DNA from: Candidatus Poribacteria bacterium
GTDB taxonomy: Bacteria; Poribacteria; WGA-4E; PCPOR2b
DNA: 64,000 nt
Direction: 5' to 3'
NCBI GenBank assembly: GCA_965208675.1
Contig: OZ242351.1
Location: 2,456,491 to 2,520,490, forward strand
Below are positions 26,387 to 36,472 of this stretch, piece by piece. The stretch's first letter is position 1. Each line of letters opens with the position of its first letter. The notes below the pieces were generated by a model. That model was given only the letters and a program-made list of their open reading frames with translations. It was not told where the DNA came from and made no database searches. A program made the translations under genes and the position numbers.

Positions 26387-27490
26387 TTGATTAACCTATA
26401 TGGAAGAGAATTCGACAGGATCGAATTGCTTCGCCATGTCGGTGACATTTCGCAGATTGCCGGCGTCAAACAATTTGAATTAACCGCAGGCAATGAAAAG
26501 GGGGTTGAGGCGGTCAAGTTTTGGACAGGCGCTGGGTTAAATTTTACGGTGTTGCTGGATCGGGGATTGGATATATCCCATGCATCGTACAAGGACATCC
26601 CGTTAAGCTGGCAGTCGAGTACAGGAGATGTCGCTCCCACCTATTACGAGCCGGAAGGATTCGGTTGGCTGCGGGGGTTTTTCGGAGGATTGCTGACAAC
26701 CTGCGGTATGATGTATGCTGGCGCACCCTGTGAGGATGAGGGAGAGGAGCTAGGACAGCACGGACGCGTATCTTATATCCCCGCAAAGAACGTCTGGGTA
26801 GATAGCCGATGGGAAGGCAATCGGTATACTTTATGGGTGCAGGGTAAAGTGACTGAGACTACAGTATTCGGCGGCACGCTCTGCCGAACGCGCCGCATTT
26901 GGACGGAGCTAGGGGCGGCGAGTCTACACATTGAGGATGTCGTTGAAAACCTCGGGTATCAAGACACACCTCACATGTACCTGTTCCATATCAACGCTGG
27001 ATTTCCCGTTGTAGCTGAGGGTACTGAATTAATTGCGCCATCGAAAGAAGTCCTCCCAATTGATGAGCATTCCGCTGGAGGCTTGAGCAATCACGCCCGG
27101 TGTGAACCGCCGACAGCCGATTTTGGCCAACTGGTTTATTACCATGATATGCAGGCGGACAACAATAACCACATTCATGTCGCACTCGCGAATCGATCGT
27201 TCAACAACGGGCAAGGATTGGGGCTATACATACGGTATCACAAGACCCAGCTACCCAAATTTAACCAGTGGAAGATGAACGGTGAAGGAACATACGTCAT
27301 CGGTTTGGAACCCGCTAATTGTTGGGTTGAGGGACGTGCGAAAGAGCGAAAACAGGGCACATTACAGTATATCGAACCGGGTGGACGTCGGCATTATGAG
27401 GTGGAAATCGGTGTACTTGCCACTAATGCAGAGATTGATAGTTTCGCGGAAAAGATAGAAGCGATTAAAGTTCAAACCTCCTCCGCGTAG
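26387..27490 (+). CDS. aldose-1-epimerase-like (DUF4432 family) protein
   Basis: The ORF is open from 26285. The TTG at 26387 follows AAGGGGAGGG, so it is the likely start. Blocks GLDISHASYKDIPLSW, GGLLTTCG, LGQHGR and HMYLFHINAGFP fit the galactose-mutarotase-like DUF4432 pattern. Confidence 0.55.
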   Translation: MINLYGREFDRIELLRHVGDISQIAGVKQFELTAGNEKGVEAVKFWTGAGLNFTVLLDRGLDISHASYKDIPLSWQSSTGDVAPTYYEPEGFGWLRGFFGGLLTTCGMMYAGAPCEDEGEELGQHGRVSYIPAKNVWVDSRWEGNRYTLWVQGKVTETTVFGGTLCRTRRIWTELGAASLHIEDVVENLGYQDTPHMYLFHINAGFPVVAEGTELIAPSKEVLPIDEHSAGGLSNHARCEPPTADFGQLVYYHDMQADNNNHIHVALANRSFNNGQGLGLYIRYHKTQLPKFNQWKMNGEGTYVIGLEPANCWVEGRAKERKQGTLQYIEPGGRRHYEVEIGVLATNAEIDSFAEKIEAIKVQTSSA

Positions 27491-27638
27491 ACTCAGGCAC
27501 AACAACTGGATCGAGTACAAATTTTTTGAAGAGAGTCAAAAACTCTAAATTAACCGTCTCCGCGAGGCATTATCCTCCATAATAGTCAAGATAAATTAAA
27601 CGGAAGACTGTAAAACTCATTAGTGAGGAGAATAGATC

Positions 27639-29486
27639 ATGAAAACGCAGGTGTTGTCAGCAAACGTTACTCTGATTCTGACCATTTTGATAATGCTATT
27701 CGGTTGCGGCGGCAAGGAAGTTGCCGTTGGTACTCCCGCGGAAATGGACGACGTTTTGGACGTGGTTCCTGCAGGTGTTGCTGGGTTCGTTTACACCCCT
27801 AGTTTTCAGGCGTTAAACTATGAAATCAAAGCCCTCGTCACGGAGTTGACGCCCAATAATCCGCCGCAGGAAGACCTCGCCATGGGATTGGTAGATTTCT
27901 TCGGGGCGGAATTTGAAATGCTGCAGAAGCTCGGTTTATTTGATTTAAGCAAAAGTTTTGCTATATTTTTTACCGGTGTGAATCCCTCGGTTCCTTCTGC
28001 CGCCGCTTACCTGAAGGATTCGGAGACAGTTCAACAGCTTATCGAAACTGCAGCATTGGACCGTAGGTCTGTGAACCATAATGATGTGCGATATTACATC
28101 ACAAGCGATGGAACCATGTTTGTACCCATGGGAGATTTCATCGTCTTTTCGGGTTCTGCGGAAGCTATTGAAAATGCGATTGATACCTATAAAAACACCA
28201 TGCCTTCAATTGCTAGGGATGTCACCTACACCTCGTTTGAACTCGATAGGAAATCTGGCATTAACGATCTCGTTGGATACGTTGAAATGGAATCGGTTAT
28301 GCCAGTCATCCGTGAATGGCTGACGGACTTTGCGGAAATGACGGCTGCAGGAACGCAAGACATGGGTGAAATGACCCCGCAAGTCGGATCAACTTTAGAG
28401 TTTACGGCAAAGATGGTTGACGGGGTTGACTGGGTGCTCAATCAAGCCGACGCATTGAGTTTCGCGCTCGAACTCAATGAAGGTGCATTACAGATTTCAC
28501 CAGTCCTAAAGTTCAAAGCCGACAGCGAAATTAACGAATATATTCATGCGGCGCAGGTGAACCTGACACAACTCAAATATCTTCCGCCGGGAGCTATGGC
28601 AAACAGCGCGATGCGATTTCAAAAAGAGGACTTGATTAAGTTAAGCACAGCCATGATGACATTTTTCAGTTCGTCGGATTCAGAAGCCGGTGAAGACGAA
28701 AGCGAAGAAGCAACACAGGAAGTTACTGAATGGATGGCAAAGTTTTACGAACCCCTTGGAGAGGAAGTCGCTTTTTCCGCCGACTACAGCGGTAGCTTGA
28801 TGCCCGACATGCTGTATATTTATGATGTAGTCAACGAAGACAAGCTCAAGCGTTTCATGGATGAAGATTTTATCTCCTACCTTGAAGCCTCTAATTTGAT
28901 GCTGCGCGCCATTATGCCGGGCGAATTCTCAAACATGTACGCGGATGCGTCATTGGGACCGTCTGAGATATATAACGGTGTGGAAATTAAATATTTCACA
29001 CTGCCGAATTTTCTCTCCTTTTTCGCCCAATTTTCGACACAAATGGAAGGCTTGGAAGGACTCGCGCCGAAAGAATTGAACATTTACTACGCTATTTCAG
29101 ATGGAAAACTAATTTATGCTATGAGCGCTGATGCGCAGCCGGTCAGGGATACAATCGATCGAATTGCGGGAGTAGCAACAGGCTTCGATAGCGCTGCAGG
29201 TTACGAAAATATCACCGGCGCGTTGACGCTGAAGAACAATTTCCTTATTGCAATCTCCCCGCTCACAGCGATCAAACGTACTGTAGAAATGGCTGCTCAA
29301 ATTGAGCCTGCCGCCGGTATGGCAATGATGGTTCTAGCAAGTATGCCTGAGACCTACAGCATTGGAATCTCCAGTCAAGGGCATGCAGGCAGCGTTGAAG
29401 TGAACCTGTTTGTTTCGATCGTTGATTTTAAGGAGCTGATCGAATTGTTGACAACCTTTGAAAGCAGCATGCAAGGGATGCCTTAA
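27639..29486 (+). CDS. hypothetical lipoprotein
   Basis: 615-aa ORF. GAGGAG RBS 8 nt upstream. Lipobox LFGCGGKE. Confidence 0.6.
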   Translation: MKTQVLSANVTLILTILIMLFGCGGKEVAVGTPAEMDDVLDVVPAGVAGFVYTPSFQALNYEIKALVTELTPNNPPQEDLAMGLVDFFGAEFEMLQKLGLFDLSKSFAIFFTGVNPSVPSAAAYLKDSETVQQLIETAALDRRSVNHNDVRYYITSDGTMFVPMGDFIVFSGSAEAIENAIDTYKNTMPSIARDVTYTSFELDRKSGINDLVGYVEMESVMPVIREWLTDFAEMTAAGTQDMGEMTPQVGSTLEFTAKMVDGVDWVLNQADALSFALELNEGALQISPVLKFKADSEINEYIHAAQVNLTQLKYLPPGAMANSAMRFQKEDLIKLSTAMMTFFSSSDSEAGEDESEEATQEVTEWMAKFYEPLGEEVAFSADYSGSLMPDMLYIYDVVNEDKLKRFMDEDFISYLEASNLMLRAIMPGEFSNMYADASLGPSEIYNGVEIKYFTLPNFLSFFAQFSTQMEGLEGLAPKELNIYYAISDGKLIYAMSADAQPVRDTIDRIAGVATGFDSAAGYENITGALTLKNNFLIAISPLTAIKRTVEMAAQIEPAAGMAMMVLASMPETYSIGISSQGHAGSVEVNLFVSIVDFKELIELLTTFESSMQGMP

Positions 29487-29583
29487 AGCGTGACTTGGAG
29501 CAAATTGTCGACTCGAGGAACACCTTTTGAGTAATCCCACGGTTAACCTGCTTCGGTCAACAGGTATCAAGTAAAGGTTTCAG

Positions 29584-30582
29584 ATGAACATCCTCGGCAT
29601 TGATACTTCGTGTGATGAGACCGCTGCTGCGGTTGTCGCTGACGGCAAAAAAATCCTCTCTAACATCGTGGCTTCACAGGTTGACCTGCACCAGAAATAC
29701 GGTGGGATTGTTCCTGAACTCGCTTCCCGTAAACATGTCGAATCAATTAACTACATCATCGATCAGGCGGTGACTGATGCGGGCATATCTTTCGACGATA
29801 TCGGAGCAATTGCTGTAACAAATCGTCCCGGTTTAATTGGTGCGCTTCTCGTGGGCGTGTCGGCTGCTAAGTCGCTAGCATACTGTTATAAGCTTCCGTT
29901 TATGGGGATTAACCACATCGAAGGTCATGTTTATGCAAACTTTATTGCGCATGATAATCTGCCTTTCCCCAATATATGCTTGACCGTTGCCGGCGGACAT
30001 ACACTGCTGATTGAAGTACATGAGGGGTGGAAATACAGCTTGCTCGGCACCACGCAGGATGACGCGGCCGGCGAGGCTTACGACAAGGTTTCTCAATACC
30101 TCGGGCTCGGTTTTCCCGGTGGACGCATTATTGATGAATATGCTAGTAAGGGCAAGGACACGGCAATTGGCTTTCCGCGTCCGCTTCTCAACAGCAGCGA
30201 CTATCAGTTCAGTTTCAGCGGGCTTAAAACTGCCGTCCGATATTTTGTTGACAAAGCGGGGGAGAAGCTGCCGCCAATCGAGGATATCGCAGCTAGTTTC
30301 CAAACTGCCGTAGTGGACGTGCTTGTACAAAAGACCATTCGGGCGGCGAAGGAGAAAAACGCAAAAGCAATCACGTTGACGGGCGGGGTTGCGGCAAATA
30401 GCCAACTCCGTCAAACTATGCACGAAACGGGCGTGGATCTTGGCGTGGAGGTTTACTACCCACCGATTCAACTCTGCACAGATAATGCGGCAATGATTGC
30501 GGGCATTGGCTATCACAAGTATCGAGAAGGATTGCGGGATGGGCTAGATCTTAACGCCTATGCTACGGCTTCTATAGCATGA
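29584..30582 (+). CDS. tsaD: tRNA N6-adenosine threonylcarbamoyltransferase TsaD (Kae1/Gcp)
   Basis: MNILGIDTSCDETAAAVV..., GINHIEGH, GGVAAN and CTDNAAMIA are hallmark TsaD blocks. Confidence 0.9.
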   Translation: MNILGIDTSCDETAAAVVADGKKILSNIVASQVDLHQKYGGIVPELASRKHVESINYIIDQAVTDAGISFDDIGAIAVTNRPGLIGALLVGVSAAKSLAYCYKLPFMGINHIEGHVYANFIAHDNLPFPNICLTVAGGHTLLIEVHEGWKYSLLGTTQDDAAGEAYDKVSQYLGLGFPGGRIIDEYASKGKDTAIGFPRPLLNSSDYQFSFSGLKTAVRYFVDKAGEKLPPIEDIAASFQTAVVDVLVQKTIRAAKEKNAKAITLTGGVAANSQLRQTMHETGVDLGVEVYYPPIQLCTDNAAMIAGIGYHKYREGLRDGLDLNAYATASIA

Positions 30583-30642
30583 GATGCTCTAATACCCATT
30601 TCGCCAAAAGTCAACATTCAGGAATTTATTGATTTTTTCTCT

Positions 30643-31260
30643 ATGTCCTTTATGACCCCAGCCAAGGATTCACTTATTGATCGAGCCGTTTCGATTCTGA
30701 ACCGCGGCGGGGTAGTCGCTTTTCCCACCGATACGGTATACGGTATCGGCGCCCATCCATGCCGCCCGGAAGCTGTACGCAAACTCTATCAGGTCAAGGG
30801 ACGCCCCATTGATAAACCTATCCCTATCCTCCTCGGATCTATTGGAGATGTCGAGCAGGTCGCTCAGAACGTCCCGGAGAGTTTCTTTCAACTCGCAAAT
30901 CGATACTGGCCGGGTGAGTTGACCCTGATTGTCGAGGCGAAAAACCTACCGCCTGAAGTCACCGCCGGGGGGAAGACCGTAGGTGTGCGAATGCCGAATC
31001 ATGCGCTTGCTCTGAAACTGTTGCACAGTTTCGGTAGACCGATTGCAACAACGAGCGCGAATAAATCCGATGAAATGCCGGCGACTTCGTCGGAGGAAGT
31101 ACGGGACAATCTTGGGAAACTGGTCGATCTGATTTTGGACGGTGGACAGACGTTTACGAAAACTGCTTCAACAGTCTTGGATCTCTCCGTCTGTCCCCCG
31201 CAGATACGACGGCATGGAGGCATCCCGGCCGACGGACTCATGCCATACCTTGAGGCGTAA
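30643..31260 (+). CDS. tsaC: L-threonylcarbamoyladenylate synthase, YrdC/TsaC type
   Basis: 205 aa. VAFPTDTVYGIGA, GRPIDKPIPIL and TTSANKS are typical of the YrdC/Sua5 domain. Confidence 0.85.
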   Translation: MSFMTPAKDSLIDRAVSILNRGGVVAFPTDTVYGIGAHPCRPEAVRKLYQVKGRPIDKPIPILLGSIGDVEQVAQNVPESFFQLANRYWPGELTLIVEAKNLPPEVTAGGKTVGVRMPNHALALKLLHSFGRPIATTSANKSDEMPATSSEEVRDNLGKLVDLILDGGQTFTKTASTVLDLSVCPPQIRRHGGIPADGLMPYLEA

Positions 31261-31334
31261 CCGCAATAATCGAACGTTCGACCGTTGAGCACTGATGAGG
31301 AGGAGTAATTCAATTTGTACTCGGAGGTAACTGA

Positions 31335-32654
31335 ATGAGCAACAGGCGCAAACCTTATATCTATGTTACACTGCAAGGCCCCGAAGATGGCGGGGATTTT
31401 GGCCCCAACACGCCGGGAACCAAAACCAGCGGAATCCAGGAAGCGATTGACTTTGCGCACGAAAATTGTAGAGACGTTCACATCTTTGGCGGCAGAGGCG
31501 GCATGCACGATGGAAAAGGGTTGCCGGATAACGTGTATACGTTAAATGAGACACTAAGAGTCCCTTGGAGCCAGGACCTCAAAGTGGATGGCGGCAATTA
31601 CGTATTATCGTATACAAAAAATACCGGGCACGCAATCCAGATTGACAGCCAGATGAATTGCCGGTACAAATTCGGACTTATCGGTTCTCAATCTCGCGAC
31701 GCTGTGGTTTGCATCAAACCAGAAACGCCGGGACCGGACGATTTCGTTGTTATCACCGCCTGCATTTTTGATTTTTCAGCGATTGTCTCACATCATCCGG
31801 ATAGCACCGCGATGTTAATAGACTCGTCCAAAGGGTTGATTATCAACAGCAAGATTGTGGCAGAAGAGACAAACTCAATGGGCACGGGAGTTCATGTGAC
31901 TGATGGCGCCGGCACAGGGCACTGGATTAGCAACAATGAGATTGAAGTGAGGTACGGCAATCAATACCACGCTAGGGAAAGGTGCGTGGGTCTCCGATTG
32001 GGCGATCCCGGTTCGACGAAGATAGTCCATAACAGTTTTGATATGTCATACCATGCACCAAAAGGCGTGCATTGGGACGAACAGACAGGACGGTACGTTA
32101 CGGCTGAAGATTTTGTGCCGGAAGAAGCTATCGGGGTGGACATCTTCGCGCAAAGGAACTTACTGAACCTTTCGTTTTACGGCAAACGAGCGCAGGGGCA
32201 CGACGTTGTCTTTGAGCAAGACGCCCGAGACAACACCATTTTTGCCTTCAACTTGCCAAACGGTATCACAAACAACGCTGCAACCCCGACAAATCGAATT
32301 ATCGCGAATTGGCCAATCGGGTTTGATGTTTCCACGCCGCCGGTGCCCGGCTCCGGCGAATCCATGATGAACACAACGCCTTATACGGTGCAAATCATTA
32401 TCCTCACGCCGGGCATTGTGTCAAGCTGGGCCATTACGGATGCCGGCAGTACCCAGCAGACCTATCCGCGAAGCTTGAGCCTGGCGGATAATCTCAAGCG
32501 GCCGCAACTCACACCGCCGACTCCACGGCCGCCAAGCACGCAAACTATCGCCGCCGGACTTTTCGCTGGCCAGACAGTCATATTAGAACCGGGCGAAGAG
32601 ATACAGTTCACCTATTCAAACGCCCCAACTTGGAGATGGAAAGCGCTCCGATAA
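31335..32654 (+). CDS. hypothetical protein, possibly a right-handed beta-helix (pectin-lyase-fold) protein
   Basis: 439-aa ORF. SGIQEAIDFAHEN... followed by repetitive short beta-strand-like segments. The function call is weak. Confidence 0.4.
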   Translation: MSNRRKPYIYVTLQGPEDGGDFGPNTPGTKTSGIQEAIDFAHENCRDVHIFGGRGGMHDGKGLPDNVYTLNETLRVPWSQDLKVDGGNYVLSYTKNTGHAIQIDSQMNCRYKFGLIGSQSRDAVVCIKPETPGPDDFVVITACIFDFSAIVSHHPDSTAMLIDSSKGLIINSKIVAEETNSMGTGVHVTDGAGTGHWISNNEIEVRYGNQYHARERCVGLRLGDPGSTKIVHNSFDMSYHAPKGVHWDEQTGRYVTAEDFVPEEAIGVDIFAQRNLLNLSFYGKRAQGHDVVFEQDARDNTIFAFNLPNGITNNAATPTNRIIANWPIGFDVSTPPVPGSGESMMNTTPYTVQIIILTPGIVSSWAITDAGSTQQTYPRSLSLADNLKRPQLTPPTPRPPSTQTIAAGLFAGQTVILEPGEEIQFTYSNAPTWRWKALR

Positions 32655-32708
32655 CATCTATACATAACCTCAAAACTAAAGAAAAGGAAATCACGGAAAA
32701 AACAACTA

Positions 32709-33287
32709 ATGGACTTACAACAGATTAACATTAAGGTCTTCGTTACGGAAGACAGTCATATCAGTTACGAGAACTTCATTAAAGTTTTCAACCGGTGGAT
32801 GGAGGAAGCAGATCAAGACGACTACTTGAACTACGCCGACTATTCCTTTACACATGCAGGCCCCGGCGTGCTGTTGATTTCCAAACGTGCGAATTATAGC
32901 ATTGATAACGCCCATAACCGCCACGGTTTACTCTACAACCGGAAGCACAAATCGGAAGGGAATAATTCCCAAAAACTGCATCGTGCGTTTGTCGAGACGC
33001 TTCAAAAGTGCCGCCGTTTAGAAGAAGCCGAAGAACTTGAGAATGAAGTTCGGTTCAATGGTGATGACATCCTGTTTATGGTAAATAATCGACATATCGC
33101 CCCGAATACGGATGAGTCATTTCAGGGAATTAGGCAGGAATTGAGTCTTGTGCTTCAGCAGATGTACGGCGGTGATGATTTCACGTTGGAACGCGCATCC
33201 GAGGACACACGAGAGCGGTTTATGATTCGAATTTCTGCGAATGCACAAAAAAGCGTATCGGAGCTTCTCGCAAATCTGGAGGAGTAG
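32709..33287 (+). CDS. hypothetical protein
   Basis: 192-aa ORF in a codirectional gene string. No recognised motifs. Confidence 0.5.
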   Translation: MDLQQINIKVFVTEDSHISYENFIKVFNRWMEEADQDDYLNYADYSFTHAGPGVLLISKRANYSIDNAHNRHGLLYNRKHKSEGNNSQKLHRAFVETLQKCRRLEEAEELENEVRFNGDDILFMVNNRHIAPNTDESFQGIRQELSLVLQQMYGGDDFTLERASEDTRERFMIRISANAQKSVSELLANLEE

Positions 33288-33330
33288 TTTTAGCGCCTAT
33301 TGAGATGTTTCACCAGGGAGTGATTTTCAG

Positions 33331-34137
33331 ATGTTTAAGTTCAGCAACGAACAGATTGAGCGGTACAGCCGACACATTGTCCTTCCAGAAGTTGGCGGTA
33401 TGGGACAAACCAAGCTCCTCGAATCGAAAGTCCTGCTCATCGGCGCAGGCGGTTTGGGTTCACCGGCGGGGCTATATCTAGCGGCGGCTGGCATCGGAAC
33501 GTTGGGAATTATCGATCAAGACGTCGTTGATCTGAGCAACCTTCAACGACAAATTCTGCACGGTATGAGTGATATTGGCCGTCTAAAAGTTGAATCCGCG
33601 AAGGAGACGATTGCGGATATTAATCCTGATGTACAAGTTATCACTCACACCGAACGCCTATCATCGGAAAATGCACTTGAAATTATTGGGCAGTACGATT
33701 TGGTCGTTGATGGATGTGATAATTTCCCCACCCGCTATCTGATAAATGACGCTTGCGTAATGCTGGGCAAGCCGAACGTACACGGCAGCATATTTCAGTT
33801 TGAAGGGCAAGCGACTGTGTTCTACCCGGGAAAAGGACCGTGTTACCGCTGCCTCTATCCCATGCCTCCGCCGCCCGGTATGGCGCCAAGTTGCCAAGAG
33901 GCAGGCGTATTTGGTGTATTGCCGGGAATTATCGGGAACATACAAGCGTTTGAGGCTATCAAGATTTTGCTCGATATTGGCGAGCCGCTTATCGGCCGGT
34001 TAAAACTATTCAACGGGTTAACAGCAGAATTCAAAGAACTGAAACTACGGCAAGATTCAGAATGTCCGATGTGCGGAGAAAATCCCACCATCCATGAACT
34101 GATTGACTACGAGGAATTCTGTCGAGTGCAATGGTGA
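33331..34137 (+). CDS. moeB: MoeB/ThiF/HesA-family adenylyltransferase (E1-like)
   Basis: RYSRHIVLPEVGGMGQTKL..VLLIGAGGLGSP, DNFPTRYLINDAC, and C-terminal CYRC / CPMC zinc motifs. Confidence 0.85.
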   Translation: MFKFSNEQIERYSRHIVLPEVGGMGQTKLLESKVLLIGAGGLGSPAGLYLAAAGIGTLGIIDQDVVDLSNLQRQILHGMSDIGRLKVESAKETIADINPDVQVITHTERLSSENALEIIGQYDLVVDGCDNFPTRYLINDACVMLGKPNVHGSIFQFEGQATVFYPGKGPCYRCLYPMPPPPGMAPSCQEAGVFGVLPGIIGNIQAFEAIKILLDIGEPLIGRLKLFNGLTAEFKELKLRQDSECPMCGENPTIHELIDYEEFCRVQW

Positions 34138-34299
34138 CTTCATTGATAGTGCGCCGTCGGTAAACACGCCGCTTTTAAAGGGTAATGTGGAAAATACTTG
34201 CCTAGCGCAGAATATTCATGTAGAATTGTAATTCATCAGATTGGGTAATGTTCTAATGACCTAAATGTTAGGGAAATTGACTGCATAGGAGGATTCGCA

Positions 34300-34530
34300 A
34301 TGAATCTACAAATTGAATATTGCACGGCTTGAGGCTATTTACCCACAGCCGTCAGTTTGACGCAAGAACTATTGGATAAATACAAGACAGATATTAAGGG
34401 ACTCACCCTTGTCCCGGGCAGCGGCGGCTGCTTTGAAGTGACGAGTAATGGAGACCTAATCTACTCTAAACTCCAAACAGGCGAGTTTCCAACCACGAAG
34501 CAGATTACTTCGGCAATTGAAGCGAACTAA
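34300..34530 (+). CDS. Rdx/SelW-like selenoprotein with in-frame UGA (Sec) in a CxxU motif
   Basis: AGGAGG lies 7 nt before the ATG at 34300. Translation: MNLQIEYCTA-U(TGA 34330-34332)-GYLPTAVSLTQELLDKYKTDIKGLTLVPGSGGCFEVTSNGDLIYSKLQTGEFPTTKQITSAIEAN-stop. This matches the Rdx pattern IEYCxx[CU]...L.PG.GG.FEV...G.LI.SK...G.FP. Hairpins lie around and after the UGA. Confidence 0.8.
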
Positions 34531-34691
34531 GAAACAGGTGTGTGATTGTACAAGTCCAGTGGAACGTATGGATCTCTCCCTGCGTTCCACAAACATCCAC
34601 GCCCTTACTCTCCCTACCTATTTCCTCAACTCCAGCAGATATCTCCCATCCCCATGATTACAGGTGCAAAGCGCTACTTTTAACTCCTACT

Positions 34692-35495
34692 TTACTCCAC
34701 TGCGACGATGGACACATTCCATAGATCGGCTTGCCTGCAGAGCGCTTCCTGATTTACCACAAATGTACGCTTCGCTTCAACAGCGAGAACGCTGCCGTTG
34801 ACTTCATGCAGCGCTTTCAGAGTTTCACTGCCGACAGTCGGCACGTCAATTCGGAAATCGTGATTCGAAGCGGCGGCTTTAGCAACAACTATCCCTTTAC
34901 CCCCAAGTGCCCCGCCCCGTTGAATCGCCTCGTCGGTTCCTTCAATAGCTTCTATAGCGATTGGCAGCAACGATTTGACGATTACGGTTTGTCCAATGTC
35001 CAAGTTTGCAACTTGGCGAGCTAACTGCATACCGTACTTCAAATCCTTCCATTCCGATGCCGTTGGCTGCTTTTTCGACAATACTCCCGCTTTAGGCATT
35101 AAACCCTTGAGGAAACGGTGTTGCTCAATGACAGATAGCCCTTTCGATTCAAACCTATCGATAATCGCAGCGATGCTGGCGCGGATACCCTTGCTGCGTG
35201 TACTCGCAAGAATTTTTGCCGCTGTTGAATCTAATAGAAAGGGACGAAGGAGCACGCTTTTATGGATTTTTCCAATAATCACAATTTCCCGGACGCCTGA
35301 ATCGAGAAATATTCGCGTAACCTTTTGGATTTGTCCAATTCCAGCCGGAAATATTTCGGAAGAGACATCCGCCAATCGCTCGGAGGGATTTTTCGTGATA
35401 GGGACGACAACTGGCACGCGGCCGTAATCGATCGCGGCTTGCGCCATCAAAACGGGCAACTCTCCCATGCCGGCAATTATCCCGAGTTTCTCCAT
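34692..35495 (-). CDS. lpxI: UDP-2,3-diacylglucosamine pyrophosphatase LpxI (DUF1009 family)
   Basis: 267 aa. LGIIAGMGELPV N-terminus and KAAASNHDFRIDVPTVGSETL match the LpxI pattern. Adjacent to lpxA. Confidence 0.7.
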   Translation of the reverse strand: MEKLGIIAGMGELPVLMAQAAIDYGRVPVVVPITKNPSERLADVSSEIFPAGIGQIQKVTRIFLDSGVREIVIIGKIHKSVLLRPFLLDSTAAKILASTRSKGIRASIAAIIDRFESKGLSVIEQHRFLKGLMPKAGVLSKKQPTASEWKDLKYGMQLARQVANLDIGQTVIVKSLLPIAIEAIEGTDEAIQRGGALGGKGIVVAKAAASNHDFRIDVPTVGSETLKALHEVNGSVLAVEAKRTFVVNQEALCRQADLWNVSIVAVE

Positions 35496-35544
35496 CCCGG
35501 CTCCCCTGCGTCAATATTTTAACCGCTATCTGATGCTTGTCGGT

Positions 35545-36336
35545 CTAAACCCCGATACCTCGTTGAGAGTTCTCAATAAAATTCAGGAGATATTCCACTT
35601 CCTCATCCGGTTTGACTTCACTTCTGACCCGCGCAATTGCTTGGGTGAAATCAACCTTAGAACGAAAAAGAATACGGTGTGCCTGTTTGAGATGCTTAAT
35701 TGTTTCCGGCGAGACGGATGCCATAGGATGGATTCCAGAGGAGCCGAGACCAACTACATTCAATGCACGGACACGCGCAGGGTGGCCATCGGAAATGGTG
35801 AACGGCGGCACGTCCTGCACAAATTTCGAACATGCACCAGCCATTGCCATTTTTCCAACCCGCACAAATTGATGAAATGCAGCGTGGGCACCGATTCGCG
35901 CGTCGTCTTCGATTATCACATGTCCGCCCAGCGTGGCGAAATTCGCCATAATCGTTCGATTTCCAACAACGGTGTCATGGGCGATATTCACCCAGTTCAT
36001 TAGCAAGTTGTCATTTCCAACAATCGTTGCGCCATCCTCAACCGTAGATCTGGAAATTGAAACGTACTCTCGCAATACATTCCGATCGCCAACTCGGACA
36101 TAGCTTCGCCAACCCCCGTATTTAAGATCTTTTGAAGGATTGCCGATGGAACACCCGAAGAAGATTTGGCACTCTTCGCCAATGATTGTCCAGCGATCAA
36201 TTTGAACATGCGGGCCAATCACGGTTCCACGACCGATTTGGACCTCATCGCTGATAATTGAGAAGGGACCGACTTCGACGTTCGCTCCGAACTTTGCCGT
36301 TGGCGAAACAATTGCGGTAGGGTGAATATTGCTCAC
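35545..36336 (-). CDS. lpxA: acyl-ACP--UDP-N-acetylglucosamine O-acyltransferase LpxA
   Basis: 263 aa. MSNIHPTAIVSPTAKFGANVEVGPFSII hexapeptide repeats and typical LpxA length. Confidence 0.9.
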   Translation of the reverse strand: MSNIHPTAIVSPTAKFGANVEVGPFSIISDEVQIGRGTVIGPHVQIDRWTIIGEECQIFFGCSIGNPSKDLKYGGWRSYVRVGDRNVLREYVSISRSTVEDGATIVGNDNLLMNWVNIAHDTVVGNRTIMANFATLGGHVIIEDDARIGAHAAFHQFVRVGKMAMAGACSKFVQDVPPFTISDGHPARVRALNVVGLGSSGIHPMASVSPETIKHLKQAHRILFRSKVDFTQAIARVRSEVKPDEEVEYLLNFIENSQRGIGV

Positions 36337-36472
36337 TCATCTTCTCCCTAATGGTAACAGCCGCGAATGCGCAGCGTGGATGTTTCTCTCCCTTAGAATC
36401 AGTGACCATCAGTTGCGGCAAGTGCTATGCGGCGCACTCCAAAGATAAGTTTGCTTCATTAAGGTCACGCCC

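Noticed and set aside
29875-30516. 213-aa minus-strand ORF
   Set aside because: It lies entirely antisense to tsaD, which has unambiguous family motifs, so it is a shadow ORF.
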